DNA of 64,000 nt from an uncultured Thermotogaceae bacterium (GTDB lineage Bacteria > Thermotogota > Thermotogae > Petrotogales > Kosmotogaceae): contig CAYTVB010000001.1 in assembly GCA_964441735.1 (NCBI GenBank), positions 1,164 through 65,163 on the forward strand, read 5' to 3'. Below, in pieces: positions 46,759-56,133 of this stretch (the stretch's first letter is position 1; each line of letters opens with the position of its first letter). Under the pieces are notes generated by a model, which was not told the origin of the DNA, did no database searches, and was given only the letters and a program-made list of their open reading frames with translations. A program made the position numbers and the translations under genes.

Positions 46759-47823
46759 ATGAAACATTTTACTCTTATCGTAATTTTGTTTTTCTTAACA
46801 ATAACAGTTTTAACTCAACCCGTTATTCCTGAAGCAGTCTCTGACCACTGGAACCAGTTAATAGGAAAATATGCCTTACAGTGTGGGGATCATTTTTATG
46901 TAAGAGAGAATGATGGCGCTTTAGAAATGCTTTATAACCTGTATGAAGGAGAAGATATTGAAGGAGAAGAGATTTATTTCAATGGAGCAGACTACCTTAT
47001 AATAGCCCTCAAAGAAATAACTGAAAACGAATACCAGCTGACTGATGATAACTTATTTGCAGCAGACAGGATTGTTTTTTATAGAAATGAGGAAGGTATT
47101 GGAATGTCGTGTAAGGTGGGCAAAGCCTTCTACAATCGCAGTCTATTTGGAGGAGAACCCTTTAATGAAAAAGGTGGGTTCAGAATAGATCCTGTTGAAC
47201 CTGTTGGGTCGTTAAAACCATCTGCTTTAAAAGCAAATCCACCAATAGAAGAAGGAGACTTTTTGAAACCTAACCTCGTCAACTTAAAAGAACTTGATGC
47301 CTCAATACTGCTTGATATTAGATATGCAACAGAAAATAACTTTATGGGCAGTAAAATGTACGAACTAGCCAGAGCTTATATGCAAAGCCCTGCTGCGGAA
47401 GCACTTGTAAGGGTTAGCAATAAACTAAAGGAGTATGGATTGGGCTTGATAGTATATGATGCATATAGACCCTGGTATGTGACAAAATTGTTCTGGGATG
47501 CAACTCCCGATGATATGAAAAATTTTGTGGCTAATCCTGCATCCGGATCAAGGCATAACAGAGGATCAGCAGTTGATCTTGGTTTATACGATCTTGATAC
47601 GGGTAAACCGCTAGAAATGATATCCGGATTTGACGAATTCTCAGAAAGAGCTTATCCTGATTATCCTGGCGGAACAACTAGAAAGAGATTCTTAAGAGAC
47701 CTGTTGATTGATGAAATGAAAAAAGAATGCTTTACTGTTTACCTGTATGAATGGTGGCATTTTGATTATTATACCTGGAAAAATTACGGTATCTTAAATA
47801 TTACTTTTGAAGAACTGGAGTAA
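46759..47823 (+). CDS. Secreted D-Ala-D-Ala dipeptidase (VanX/DdpX, M15D) with N-terminal extra domain
   Basis: Signal peptide. SRHNRGSAVDL (SxHxxGxAxD) and EWWHF motifs in the C-terminal ~200 aa. Confidence 0.8.
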   Translation: MKHFTLIVILFFLTITVLTQPVIPEAVSDHWNQLIGKYALQCGDHFYVRENDGALEMLYNLYEGEDIEGEEIYFNGADYLIIALKEITENEYQLTDDNLFAADRIVFYRNEEGIGMSCKVGKAFYNRSLFGGEPFNEKGGFRIDPVEPVGSLKPSALKANPPIEEGDFLKPNLVNLKELDASILLDIRYATENNFMGSKMYELARAYMQSPAAEALVRVSNKLKEYGLGLIVYDAYRPWYVTKLFWDATPDDMKNFVANPASGSRHNRGSAVDLGLYDLDTGKPLEMISGFDEFSERAYPDYPGGTTRKRFLRDLLIDEMKKECFTVYLYEWWHFDYYTWKNYGILNITFEELE

Positions 47824-47840
47824 ACATATTTTAAAGCAAA

Positions 47841-47865
47841 AGCCGCTCAGTAGAGCGGCTTTTTA
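47841..47865. terminator. Bidirectional hairpin terminator
   Basis: AGCCGCTC-AGTA-GAGCGGCT followed by TTTTT and preceded by an A-rich tract. Lies between convergent genes. Confidence 0.75.
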
Positions 47866-47866
47866 T

Positions 47867-49546
47867 TTACATGTCTCCAGAAAGAAGTCTATGCGTTCTA
47901 TCAACTGCAATTTTCCATAGATAAAATGAACCACCTAAACTGACTAAAACAAGTAAAAGACTCATTAACCAGGGCTGAATATAATCCCTTGAAAAATAAC
48001 CAAGTGCAGCCATACCTGCAACGTAGCCAAAAATTATTAGTATAGAAAAGGCTACGTTCAAATTTTGTTTCATTGCCTTTTGAGGATTATCCCATTCCAG
48101 CATGGGCCTGATAGCATCTATGATGAACTGGATGATATTAAGAAATGTTACATTTAGCGCTGAAATTATGAAGGCAAGAATAATCTCGAATACACCTACA
48201 TTTAGTATTATTCCTATGGCTATCGTTCCTATAAGAGGACCAATAAAGCTGATAGTGCTTACATGTAAAAGTTTTATTGTCAGTATAGTTTGAGACTTAA
48301 CCGGGACTATTTTTAATTCGGGTAAATATTTGCCCTCTCTACTGAAAATTGATGAGGCAAGCCCATTTATTCCACCGCCCAGGATACCAACAAGAGTAGC
48401 TAATGGAATAAAATATGGGCTTAATAATTGTATATAACTCTCAAACTGTTCCAGCTGGCCTGACTTATAGGTACTCAGTAGAATAATTATCATTACAGGA
48501 AACACGACTACATTTCCAAATCCGTTAAATGTAAACGATGGTACTCTCAGGAAGTACTTCCATTCTCTGGAATAAAGTGCAGAGAATCTACTTTTTTGTT
48601 TCTGCAGGAAATGTGCGATTTCATCTGCTTTAAATGTCTTTTTTCCAGCGAAATGTTCCTGGAGTTGATTGTACATATTGTAGTATAATTTTCTTCCTAT
48701 CCACAGGAGCGCACCAAATAAAGCCACATGCAACAAAATATAAAGGAAAAACCATAAAAGCCCGGAAAAACCTTTACTAATTAATGCCTTTGAAGCCAGT
48801 ATTGCAGGTGGATATGCCCTTCCAATTCTGACCAGCAACCCTTCAGGGTTTGAAAACATTTCCATTATTTGTGCAGGTGACATATCACCTGACATTCCCT
48901 GTGCATTAATAAGTGCCACGAATATAATGATAGCTACGAGCAATAATGAACTTATGAAATATATGAGAAAATCTCTGTGCTTGTTAAATCTGAAAATCCT
49001 TGCCAGTGGAAATACCACCAGCGCTGTTATGGTAACGGGTAAAATCTGGGACAAAAGGAAAATTATTATTCCGTAAATCCAGAATATTATTCCCGCAGAT
49101 GTCTGAATTCCAAAGTATATTAATGGGGGCAAAAGGGTGACCAAAGAGATTATCATCTGGTCAAGGATAACCGTACTAAATTTTGCTGACATAACCTCTT
49201 CTGGTTTTAGTGGAAGTGTTATAAGAATTCTCATGTCCTTTGAAAACAGCATGGCTCCAATCATTAAAAAGATACCAAAAAAGAATCCGAGTAACCCGGT
49301 TACTACCATAAATTGAAGAAGGAAAAGTTCCAGAACACCCAGCTGCGAATATTGTTGGTATGCATTTGTTATTAGTGATCCATACAGGGGAACCAGCCCC
49401 AGAGCACTCGTGCCAAATGCAAAAATAATTATAAGTGGTTCCCAGACTCGTTCCTTCTTTTCTATGTAATAGTAGTGCTTTTTTGATAATCCGTAATGCG
49501 AATTAATCAGCGTCCAGGTAAGAGAAATCCATTTCTTTAGTTTCAC
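47867..49546 (-). CDS. Large polytopic ABC-2-type permease-like membrane protein
   Basis: 559 aa with many TM helices. GTG start 6 nt after AGAGGTGA. Overlaps the ATPase gene by 44 nt. Confidence 0.65.
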   Translation of the reverse strand: MKLKKWISLTWTLINSHYGLSKKHYYYIEKKERVWEPLIIIFAFGTSALGLVPLYGSLITNAYQQYSQLGVLELFLLQFMVVTGLLGFFFGIFLMIGAMLFSKDMRILITLPLKPEEVMSAKFSTVILDQMIISLVTLLPPLIYFGIQTSAGIIFWIYGIIIFLLSQILPVTITALVVFPLARIFRFNKHRDFLIYFISSLLLVAIIIFVALINAQGMSGDMSPAQIMEMFSNPEGLLVRIGRAYPPAILASKALISKGFSGLLWFFLYILLHVALFGALLWIGRKLYYNMYNQLQEHFAGKKTFKADEIAHFLQKQKSRFSALYSREWKYFLRVPSFTFNGFGNVVVFPVMIIILLSTYKSGQLEQFESYIQLLSPYFIPLATLVGILGGGINGLASSIFSREGKYLPELKIVPVKSQTILTIKLLHVSTISFIGPLIGTIAIGIILNVGVFEIILAFIISALNVTFLNIIQFIIDAIRPMLEWDNPQKAMKQNLNVAFSILIIFGYVAGMAALGYFSRDYIQPWLMSLLLVLVSLGGSFYLWKIAVDRTHRLLSGDM

Positions 49547-50459
49547 TGCCCGTCACCTCTAAGAATAGTTTTTCAAGACTGCCTTTACCTCTTAATTCCT
49601 TAAGTTCATCAAATGTTCCCACAAATTCCAGTTTCCCCTTACTGATTATTCCCAGCCTGTCACATACCTTTTCAGCAATTTCCATAACGTGTGTTGAAAA
49701 GAAAATAGTATTACCGGCATTAGCATGTCTGCGCATCATAAGCTTAAGTATGTATGCAGATTCTGGATCTAATCCCACTATCGGTTCATCAAGAATCCAC
49801 AGATCAGGGTTATGGACCAGAGCAGCTATTAATGAAAGCTTCTGTTTCATACCATGAGAATATGAGGAAACGGGATCATTTATCGCATCAATTAATTTAA
49901 AATCTCTCAGAAGTCTTTCAATTCTTTCTGCCCTTTTATCAGCAGGTACCTCAAACATGTCAGCTATAAATTTTAGATACTCTATACCTTTTAGTTTTTC
50001 CATTATAAGCGGTTCATCTGAAACATATCCCATTATTGATTTTGCTTTTTCGGGTTCTTTCTGAACATTATTATTTCCTACAAATACTTTTCCCCTGGTA
50101 GGGCTTAAAAGACCAACAATCATCTTTATTGTTGTGGTTTTTCCAGCACCATTGGGGCCCAGGAATCCAAATATCTCACCCTTTTTAACATCCAGGGAGA
50201 TATCATTTACTGCTGTAATCCCTCCGCTGTAAACCTTGGTTATGTTTTTTAAGCTGATCAATGAAAACACCTCTCTATTAGTGTATTTATTTTTATCTGG
50301 TAAAATAATGTTCATTACTCTTCCATCGACAAATCCTATTTTCCCTGAACTGTTTTTTATGAATTTCATATGTAACATCATAATCTTTTCAAAAAATAGT
50401 TGGCCAACTGTATAACTCTCTTTAAAGTGAGTTAGAAGATGCTTAATATGAACAAACAA
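49503..50459 (-). CDS. ABC transporter ATP-binding protein (start uncertain)
   Basis: Walker A GPNGAGKTT, YSHGMKQKL signature and Walker B LWILDEP. Possible starts are TTG 50459, ATG 50315 and TTG 50261; the last follows AGAGAGG and gives a canonical N-terminus. Confidence 0.8.
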   Translation of the reverse strand: MFVHIKHLLTHFKESYTVGQLFFEKIMMLHMKFIKNSSGKIGFVDGRVMNIILPDKNKYTNREVFSLISLKNITKVYSGGITAVNDISLDVKKGEIFGFLGPNGAGKTTTIKMIVGLLSPTRGKVFVGNNNVQKEPEKAKSIMGYVSDEPLIMEKLKGIEYLKFIADMFEVPADKRAERIERLLRDFKLIDAINDPVSSYSHGMKQKLSLIAALVHNPDLWILDEPIVGLDPESAYILKLMMRRHANAGNTIFFSTHVMEIAEKVCDRLGIISKGKLEFVGTFDELKELRGKGSLEKLFLEVTGSETKEMDFSYLDAD

Positions 50460-50479
50460 GTAGAGCTCTTTAAATATCG

Positions 50480-51376
50480 TTACTCCTTCGTGGTGTTTGA
50501 AAATAAACCTGAATTTAGTCCGCCCCGGATAATTAACTGGAAAAACTTTTCGAGGTCACAATTATCAACTTCTATTCCCTTGATTTTTGATAACCTATCC
50601 CATTGGTCATGATCGTTTGAAATAACAGATATTTTGTCTTTTTCTTCGACAACAGCATAGAATGATTCATCGCTTAATTCTTCATAGACCTTCTCCGGTA
50701 TATAAAAAACCCTGTACATTTCTCTCAATTCGTCAATTGAACCTGAATAATGAATCTTTCCTTTATGCATTATGTACATCCTGTCTGCAATTTTTTGTAC
50801 TTCCGGGATTATGTGTGATGTGTAAAGCACGCTTTTTCCGTCAATGACCAGTTGCCTAATCATTTCAAGAACATCGTCACGTTTTATAGGATCCAATCCC
50901 CATGTTGGTTCATCCAATATATATAAATCCACATCCTGGGCAAAAGCAAAACTTAAATATGCGCTGGTTTTCATACCGTTTGAAAAGCTTGATATTTTCT
51001 TGTTTCTGGGTAAATCAAAATAATCAACAAGTTCTTCAGCTCTCTTATTGTCAAAATTCGTCAGTGTTTTATTCAAAATCTTTAGGGATTGATTAATGTC
51101 CATATTTTCATAGAATTTCTTTTCTTCTGGAACAAAAGAAATCCTGTTTTTAACTTCCTGTATAGGTTTTCCAAAAATTGCTATGTCACCGTTATAACTC
51201 ACGAAATCAAGAATTGATTTCAACGTTGTTGTTTTCCCCGCACCGTTTGGGCCAAGAAGTGCGCAAACTTCCTGAGAATCCAGATGAATATCTATTCCTT
51301 TAACTGCTTTTACGCCATTTTTGTAGGTCTTTTCTAGATTATTAACCTCAAGTATCACATCTTGTTTTCTTTCCAT
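50480..51376 (-). CDS. ABC transporter ATP-binding protein
   Basis: Walker A GPNGAGKTT, FSNGMKT signature and LYILDEP. RBS GGAGGTGA. Confidence 0.85.
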   Translation of the reverse strand: MERKQDVILEVNNLEKTYKNGVKAVKGIDIHLDSQEVCALLGPNGAGKTTTLKSILDFVSYNGDIAIFGKPIQEVKNRISFVPEEKKFYENMDINQSLKILNKTLTNFDNKRAEELVDYFDLPRNKKISSFSNGMKTSAYLSFAFAQDVDLYILDEPTWGLDPIKRDDVLEMIRQLVIDGKSVLYTSHIIPEVQKIADRMYIMHKGKIHYSGSIDELREMYRVFYIPEKVYEELSDESFYAVVEEKDKISVISNDHDQWDRLSKIKGIEVDNCDLEKFFQLIIRGGLNSGLFSNTTKE

Positions 51377-51732
51377 ATTGTTTTTGTCACCTCCAAAACT
51401 TCTTCAAATGAAAGACCAAGTTTTTGGTATTTAATTAAATAATCGGATAGATCTTTTTTTAGATCATTCAGGATCATTTTTCTAATGTGCTTTTTGTCTG
51501 TAATGATTATGTATCCCATACCCTGTCGCGCCATAACTGTTTCTTCGTTTTCCATTTCACGATATGCTTTAGCCACCGTATTTGGATTCACTCTGATAGA
51601 TGAAGCCATGTCCCTTATCGAAGGAAGCATTTCACCATCTTTTATCTCTCCACTTAAAATGGCTTCATAAATGTTTCTTTTAATTTGTTTGTATATAGGA
51701 ACTAAAGAACGCATATCGATGTTAAACCACAT
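51355..51732 (-). CDS. GntR-family transcriptional regulator, YtrA subfamily
   Basis: 125 aa. PIYKQIKRNIYEAILSGEIKDGEMLPSIRDMASSIRVNPNTVAKAY winged-helix and a short C-terminal tail. Confidence 0.85.
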   Translation of the reverse strand: MWFNIDMRSLVPIYKQIKRNIYEAILSGEIKDGEMLPSIRDMASSIRVNPNTVAKAYREMENEETVMARQGMGYIIITDKKHIRKMILNDLKKDLSDYLIKYQKLGLSFEEVLEVTKTIWKENKM

Positions 51733-51745
51733 TTTTATCTCCTAT

Positions 51746-52516
51746 CTAGAATTCCTTTATCATAAACAATTTTCTGTCAACAAAAATCAACACAAAACTT
51801 ATAGCAAGAAGCACAATAGAATAGTTCCAATCGATTCCAAGGTTGTTTATTATCCTTTGTCCCATTAAATACGGATAAATATTAAGGAATGAAAGTGATT
51901 CTACAAAAGAGAAAATGGGCATAATAAAAATGGTGACCAGACCGACTAATATGGGTTTAACCTGATCATTGAAAATAATTGAGAACATTATATAAAGCGA
52001 ATAAAGAAAGAGCATGGCAAATATTTCATGTACAAGTATCAAAAGTGGTTTGGTAAAATGAACGTTGTAACCCGCAATTCGCATTCCCAGCGGACCAAGC
52101 AATGTAAGTATACCCAGGAGTGTTTTAGTAAATGACAAACCTGTTATGTACTTCGACCAGAATAGTTTCTCGCGTTTCATTCGAGATAGAAAGAAATAGA
52201 TCGTTTTCTTCTCTGTTTCCCTTGCAAAGATGGGAAAAGCAATTATCAATGCGATAATTGGTAAAAACTGTCCCAGGTTTTTACCGTACCATTGGCTGAG
52301 TAGGTAATAGTCATCGTTTTTGAGTTGATTCAGCATTTTGGGATCACCAATCAGGTTTTTTAGAAAATCTGGTAAATTTCCAAATTGCTCAGATATTTCA
52401 TCCATCATTGTTGATGTGTAGGGTCTCATTGCTATGGTCATGATGAGCATAAAGATAAACACTATAAGTATTATGAAAAATCTTAATCTCAAATCATACC
52501 ATTCTTTCCAGAACAC
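51746..52516 (-). CDS. ABC-2-type permease-like membrane protein
   Basis: 256 aa with 6 hydrophobic helices. GTG start 6 nt after GGAGGG. First gene of the operon. Confidence 0.6.
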   Translation of the reverse strand: MFWKEWYDLRLRFFIILIVFIFMLIMTIAMRPYTSTMMDEISEQFGNLPDFLKNLIGDPKMLNQLKNDDYYLLSQWYGKNLGQFLPIIALIIAFPIFARETEKKTIYFFLSRMKREKLFWSKYITGLSFTKTLLGILTLLGPLGMRIAGYNVHFTKPLLILVHEIFAMLFLYSLYIMFSIIFNDQVKPILVGLVTIFIMPIFSFVESLSFLNIYPYLMGQRIINNLGIDWNYSIVLLAISFVLIFVDRKLFMIKEF

Positions 52517-52546
52517 AAAAATCCCTCCAAACCAAAACTGTTTATC

Positions 52547-52578
52547 TGTACTATATCAAATAGTACAATTTTTGTCAA
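52547..52578 (-). promoter_or_regulatory. Promoter (TTGACA-17-TATAGT) with overlapping 8-5-8 inverted repeat (putative YtrA operator)
   Basis: On the minus strand, TTGACA at 52578-52573 and TATAGT at 52555-52550. TGTACTAT (52547-52554) and ATAGTACA (52560-52567) form a perfect inverted repeat. Confidence 0.6.
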
Positions 52579-52660
52579 TCTTTTGATATTATTTGATTTT
52601 GCATAGAAATAATTGCTATATTATTTTGTAATACTTCGATTTTGAAAGGAGTGAAAAGAA

Positions 52661-53731
52661 ATGAAAAGGATTTTATTGTTATTATTTGCACTCTTTATTT
52701 CAACTGCTTTTTGTTTTAAAGTTGGTTTTATCTATATTGGTCCGATAGAAGATTGCGGATGGTCATATGCCCATGAATTAGGAAGGCAGTATATAGAAAC
52801 AATGGTCACTGACCTTGAAACTGAATACTACGAAAATATACCTGGTGGAGAGAAATCCACAGAAAAATTACGTAAGCTGGCTGATAATGGTTGTGATCTA
52901 ATATTCGCAACAAGTTATGACTACATGGATTCAGTGCTTAAAGTTGCTGCTGAATATCCTGAAGTAATTTTTATGCATTGTTCAGGAAATATGCGTTCTG
53001 AAAATGTTGGGACATATTTTGGAAGGATGTATCAGGCAGATTTTCTTGCCGGACTTGTAGCGGGAAAAATCAGTAAAACAAATACAGTAGGTTATGTTGC
53101 CCCCGTTAAGATTCCAGAAGTGATAAGAGGCGTAAATGCTTTTGCAATAGGAGTCATGAAAGCCAATAGCAATGCGAAAGTTCTTTTAGAATGGATTGGT
53201 GACTGGACTGATAAAGAGAAGGAACTTGCAGCAACTGAAAATCTTATTGAACAGGGAGTAGATGTTGTTGCTCATGGTATGGATTCAGAAACAGTTAATA
53301 TTACTGCTGATAAGTATGGAGTATGGTCGATAGGCTATAACCATGATATGTCAAGATATGCTTTAGATACTCACCTTACCGCTCCTGTCTGGTACTGGGG
53401 AGTGTTGTATCTTGATATTGTTGAAAGTGTTATGCATGGAACCTGGAAGAGTGAAGCTTTATGGTCAGGAATAGAGTCAGGAATAGTAGAATTAGCACCG
53501 TTAAATGCTGTTGTTTCATCAGATACAAGAAGACTCATCGAAAAATATCGTATTGATATGATGCTTAAAAGATTTCATGTATTCGAAGGTCCTTTGAATA
53601 ATCAATCGGGAAAAATTGGAATTGAAGAGGAGACAATTCCTGATGATCAATATCTTTTGACCATGGAATGGCTGGTTGAAAATATTGTAGATGAAGGAGA
53701 AATATCTGAAAGAGTACCTCATGTTCACTAA
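52661..53731 (+). CDS. BMP-family substrate-binding lipoprotein (no adjacent permease genes)
   Basis: Signal peptide. KVGFIYIGPIEDCGWSYAH... pattern of BMP/PnrA-like proteins. RBS AAAGGAGTGA. Confidence 0.75.
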   Translation: MKRILLLLFALFISTAFCFKVGFIYIGPIEDCGWSYAHELGRQYIETMVTDLETEYYENIPGGEKSTEKLRKLADNGCDLIFATSYDYMDSVLKVAAEYPEVIFMHCSGNMRSENVGTYFGRMYQADFLAGLVAGKISKTNTVGYVAPVKIPEVIRGVNAFAIGVMKANSNAKVLLEWIGDWTDKEKELAATENLIEQGVDVVAHGMDSETVNITADKYGVWSIGYNHDMSRYALDTHLTAPVWYWGVLYLDIVESVMHGTWKSEALWSGIESGIVELAPLNAVVSSDTRRLIEKYRIDMMLKRFHVFEGPLNNQSGKIGIEEETIPDDQYLLTMEWLVENIVDEGEISERVPHVH

Positions 53732-54546
53732 ATGTCTTTTCTTTTTAAAGTGAGCAGGTAAACAGAAATAAATGCAAAGAAAAGAACCACAACTATTGAT
53801 GGGCCCGGTGATATTTCAAATTCATATGCGCCCCATAGTCCCAGAATTGACGATAAAAGGCTGAAGATAATGGCAGTAAATATTATTCCTTTAAATGTTC
53901 TTGCCAATCTTTTTGAAATAACCGCAGGTGTTACCAGAAAGGCTGTTACAAGTATTATACCGGCGATTTTTACCGAAGCCACTATACTCACTGATACACC
54001 AATAAGAATAAAGAAATTGACCAGGGAAACATTAATTCCTGAGTGTCTTGCCAGGGTTTCATCAAAAGAATAATATAGAACTTCTCTGTGAAATAGCAGG
54101 AAAGCAATCCCTGAAATTGCAGCGATTACTGCAAGTATCCATATATCTAATGTTGAAACAAGCAAAATATTTCCGAAAAGATAACTCATTACATCCGGTG
54201 TATAACCTTCAACAAAGGATAGAAAGATAATACCAAGAGCCATGGAAAAAGGCAACAAAATACCAATCATACTGTTTTCACTTATATACCCCTTTTTACT
54301 GAAAAGATTAATAGTAACTGCAAAAACTACAGCGGTTAATATGGCTATCAATCTGGTATTAACGCCAATCAAAAATCCTAAAGCCAGACCACCAAAGGCT
54401 GCATGAGCAACGCCATCACCAATGAACTCGATTTTTCTTAACACTACGACAGTTGAAAAGAGACCCGTCAAGAAACTAACGAGTAAGGTTGCTATAAATG
54501 CCTGAAATAGGAAATCCAAAGCGAAAATATCTGTAAAAAAACTCAT
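53728..54546 (-). CDS. znuB: Metal (zinc) ABC transporter permease
   Basis: 272 aa ZnuB/TroD-like polytopic protein, in an operon with ZnuC, ZnuA and Zur. Confidence 0.75.
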   Translation of the reverse strand: MSFFTDIFALDFLFQAFIATLLVSFLTGLFSTVVVLRKIEFIGDGVAHAAFGGLALGFLIGVNTRLIAILTAVVFAVTINLFSKKGYISENSMIGILLPFSMALGIIFLSFVEGYTPDVMSYLFGNILLVSTLDIWILAVIAAISGIAFLLFHREVLYYSFDETLARHSGINVSLVNFFILIGVSVSIVASVKIAGIILVTAFLVTPAVISKRLARTFKGIIFTAIIFSLLSSILGLWGAYEFEISPGPSIVVVLFFAFISVYLLTLKRKDI

Positions 54547-55286
54547 AGTTTATGCTCCTTTTTTGCATGTTCTTTTCCTCTGAGAATAAGATCGAAGTCA
54601 GGGGAGAAAATTCCGGTTAGATCTTCTGGAGATACATTTTCAGATGCTTTATGACAATGCAACGTTTTGTTCAGGCAGAGAATACTATCGCAGGCATCAA
54701 AAACCATTCCTATATCATGGCTTACCATAAGGATAGAAATGTTTTTGGATTTTTTCAGGTTGTCAAGTAGATTGTAAAATGAAGCCTTTCCCATTTCGTC
54801 GATTCCGGCTTCTGGTTCGTCGAGAATCAAAAGGTCAGGATGTTTTGCGAGAGCTCTTGCCAGCATTGCTCTTTGGTATTCGCCACCGGAAAGTGTGCCA
54901 ATTCTTCTGTTTTTGAGATGTCTTATTCCAACATTTGAAAGAAGTTCTTCAATTTCTTTCCAGTCTTCTTTTTTGAAGTAGCGTAAGGGACCCCTCTTTT
55001 CGTACAAGCCCATAGCTACTATTTCCCTTACAGTGATAGGAAAAGAACGTTCAAAATCGTTTCGTTGAGGGAGGTAACCTACTTTTCCATTTAGTTTAAC
55101 TGTTCCCGTATAGTCCTCAAGATCTCCTACAATTGCCTTAACCAGGGTTGTTTTTCCTGCGCCATTTGGTCCGATTATTCCTATGAGGATTCCTCTATAT
55201 ATATCAAAGGAAACATTCTTAAGAATTATATTATTTCCAACACTGTAAGAAATGTTCTTTACCTCCAGTAATTTATCGTTATTCAT
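54543..55286 (-). CDS. znuC: Metal (zinc) ABC transporter ATP-binding protein
   Basis: Walker A GPNGAGKTT, LSGGEYQR signature and LLILDEP. Confidence 0.8.
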   Translation of the reverse strand: MNNDKLLEVKNISYSVGNNIILKNVSFDIYRGILIGIIGPNGAGKTTLVKAIVGDLEDYTGTVKLNGKVGYLPQRNDFERSFPITVREIVAMGLYEKRGPLRYFKKEDWKEIEELLSNVGIRHLKNRRIGTLSGGEYQRAMLARALAKHPDLLILDEPEAGIDEMGKASFYNLLDNLKKSKNISILMVSHDIGMVFDACDSILCLNKTLHCHKASENVSPEDLTGIFSPDFDLILRGKEHAKKEHKL

Positions 55287-56133
55287 TAAGAGCCTCCCTT
55301 ATTTGTTTGAGGTTGTATTTGAATAACTCAACAATGCTTTGACTTTCAACGCCCAGTGGGTCAAGAATACTCATATTTAGATCGGTGGAATTAACAATTA
55401 CCTGAACGGGTTCAATATTCTGTTGCTTTTCACCGAAAATGGCTATAAATTCACCATTGTTAGCTTTTTCAATGTAAGATTTCAATTCTTTTATAGTTGG
55501 TTCATCGCCATGACCTTCAAATATCGCATATTCATTTATATCAAAATCATTAAAAAAGTATTCAAAACTCGGATGGGAAAGCAGTACATTTGTTCCTGAA
55601 TAACCCTTTAACATGTCAGAAGCTTCATTTCTAATCGTTGCCAATTCATTGAGTAATTTCTCTGAACGATTTTTATAAAAAGCTTCGTTATTTGGATCCA
55701 TTTCAATAAGTTTATCTGTTAATCCCGGAATGATCTTTTCAATCATGTAATCAAGACTAAGCCATAGATGGGGATTTATATGTTCACCTTTTTCTTCGTG
55801 TTCATCATGAATCAAATCTTCAACGAAATCAGAAATGTAAAGAACACTGGAGTTATTATTGTCAATATCCCTTAGTGTATCCTGCAGGTATAGTTCCAGG
55901 GAAAGGCCATTAGCAATTATTAGATCAGCGGATCTTAATTTTTTGACATCACCTATGCTTGGGGAATAGGTGTGAGGGTTTTCACCAGGTTCGATGATCA
56001 CATTTATAGTCGCTTTGTCATCAGCAAGGTCTTTTATTAATAAATAATATGGGTTTATTGTTGTAACTATATTTATTGAGAAAACCGAATAAATTAACAA
56101 CAAGAAAATTATCAGTGAGATCTTTAATCGCAT
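55279..56133 (-). CDS. znuA: Metal (zinc) ABC transporter substrate-binding protein
   Basis: TroA/ZnuA-like fold pattern. A His/acid-rich loop HDEHEEKGEHINPHLW is typical of ZnuA. Confidence 0.75.
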   Translation of the reverse strand: MRLKISLIIFLLLIYSVFSINIVTTINPYYLLIKDLADDKATINVIIEPGENPHTYSPSIGDVKKLRSADLIIANGLSLELYLQDTLRDIDNNNSSVLYISDFVEDLIHDEHEEKGEHINPHLWLSLDYMIEKIIPGLTDKLIEMDPNNEAFYKNRSEKLLNELATIRNEASDMLKGYSGTNVLLSHPSFEYFFNDFDINEYAIFEGHGDEPTIKELKSYIEKANNGEFIAIFGEKQQNIEPVQVIVNSTDLNMSILDPLGVESQSIVELFKYNLKQIREALNE

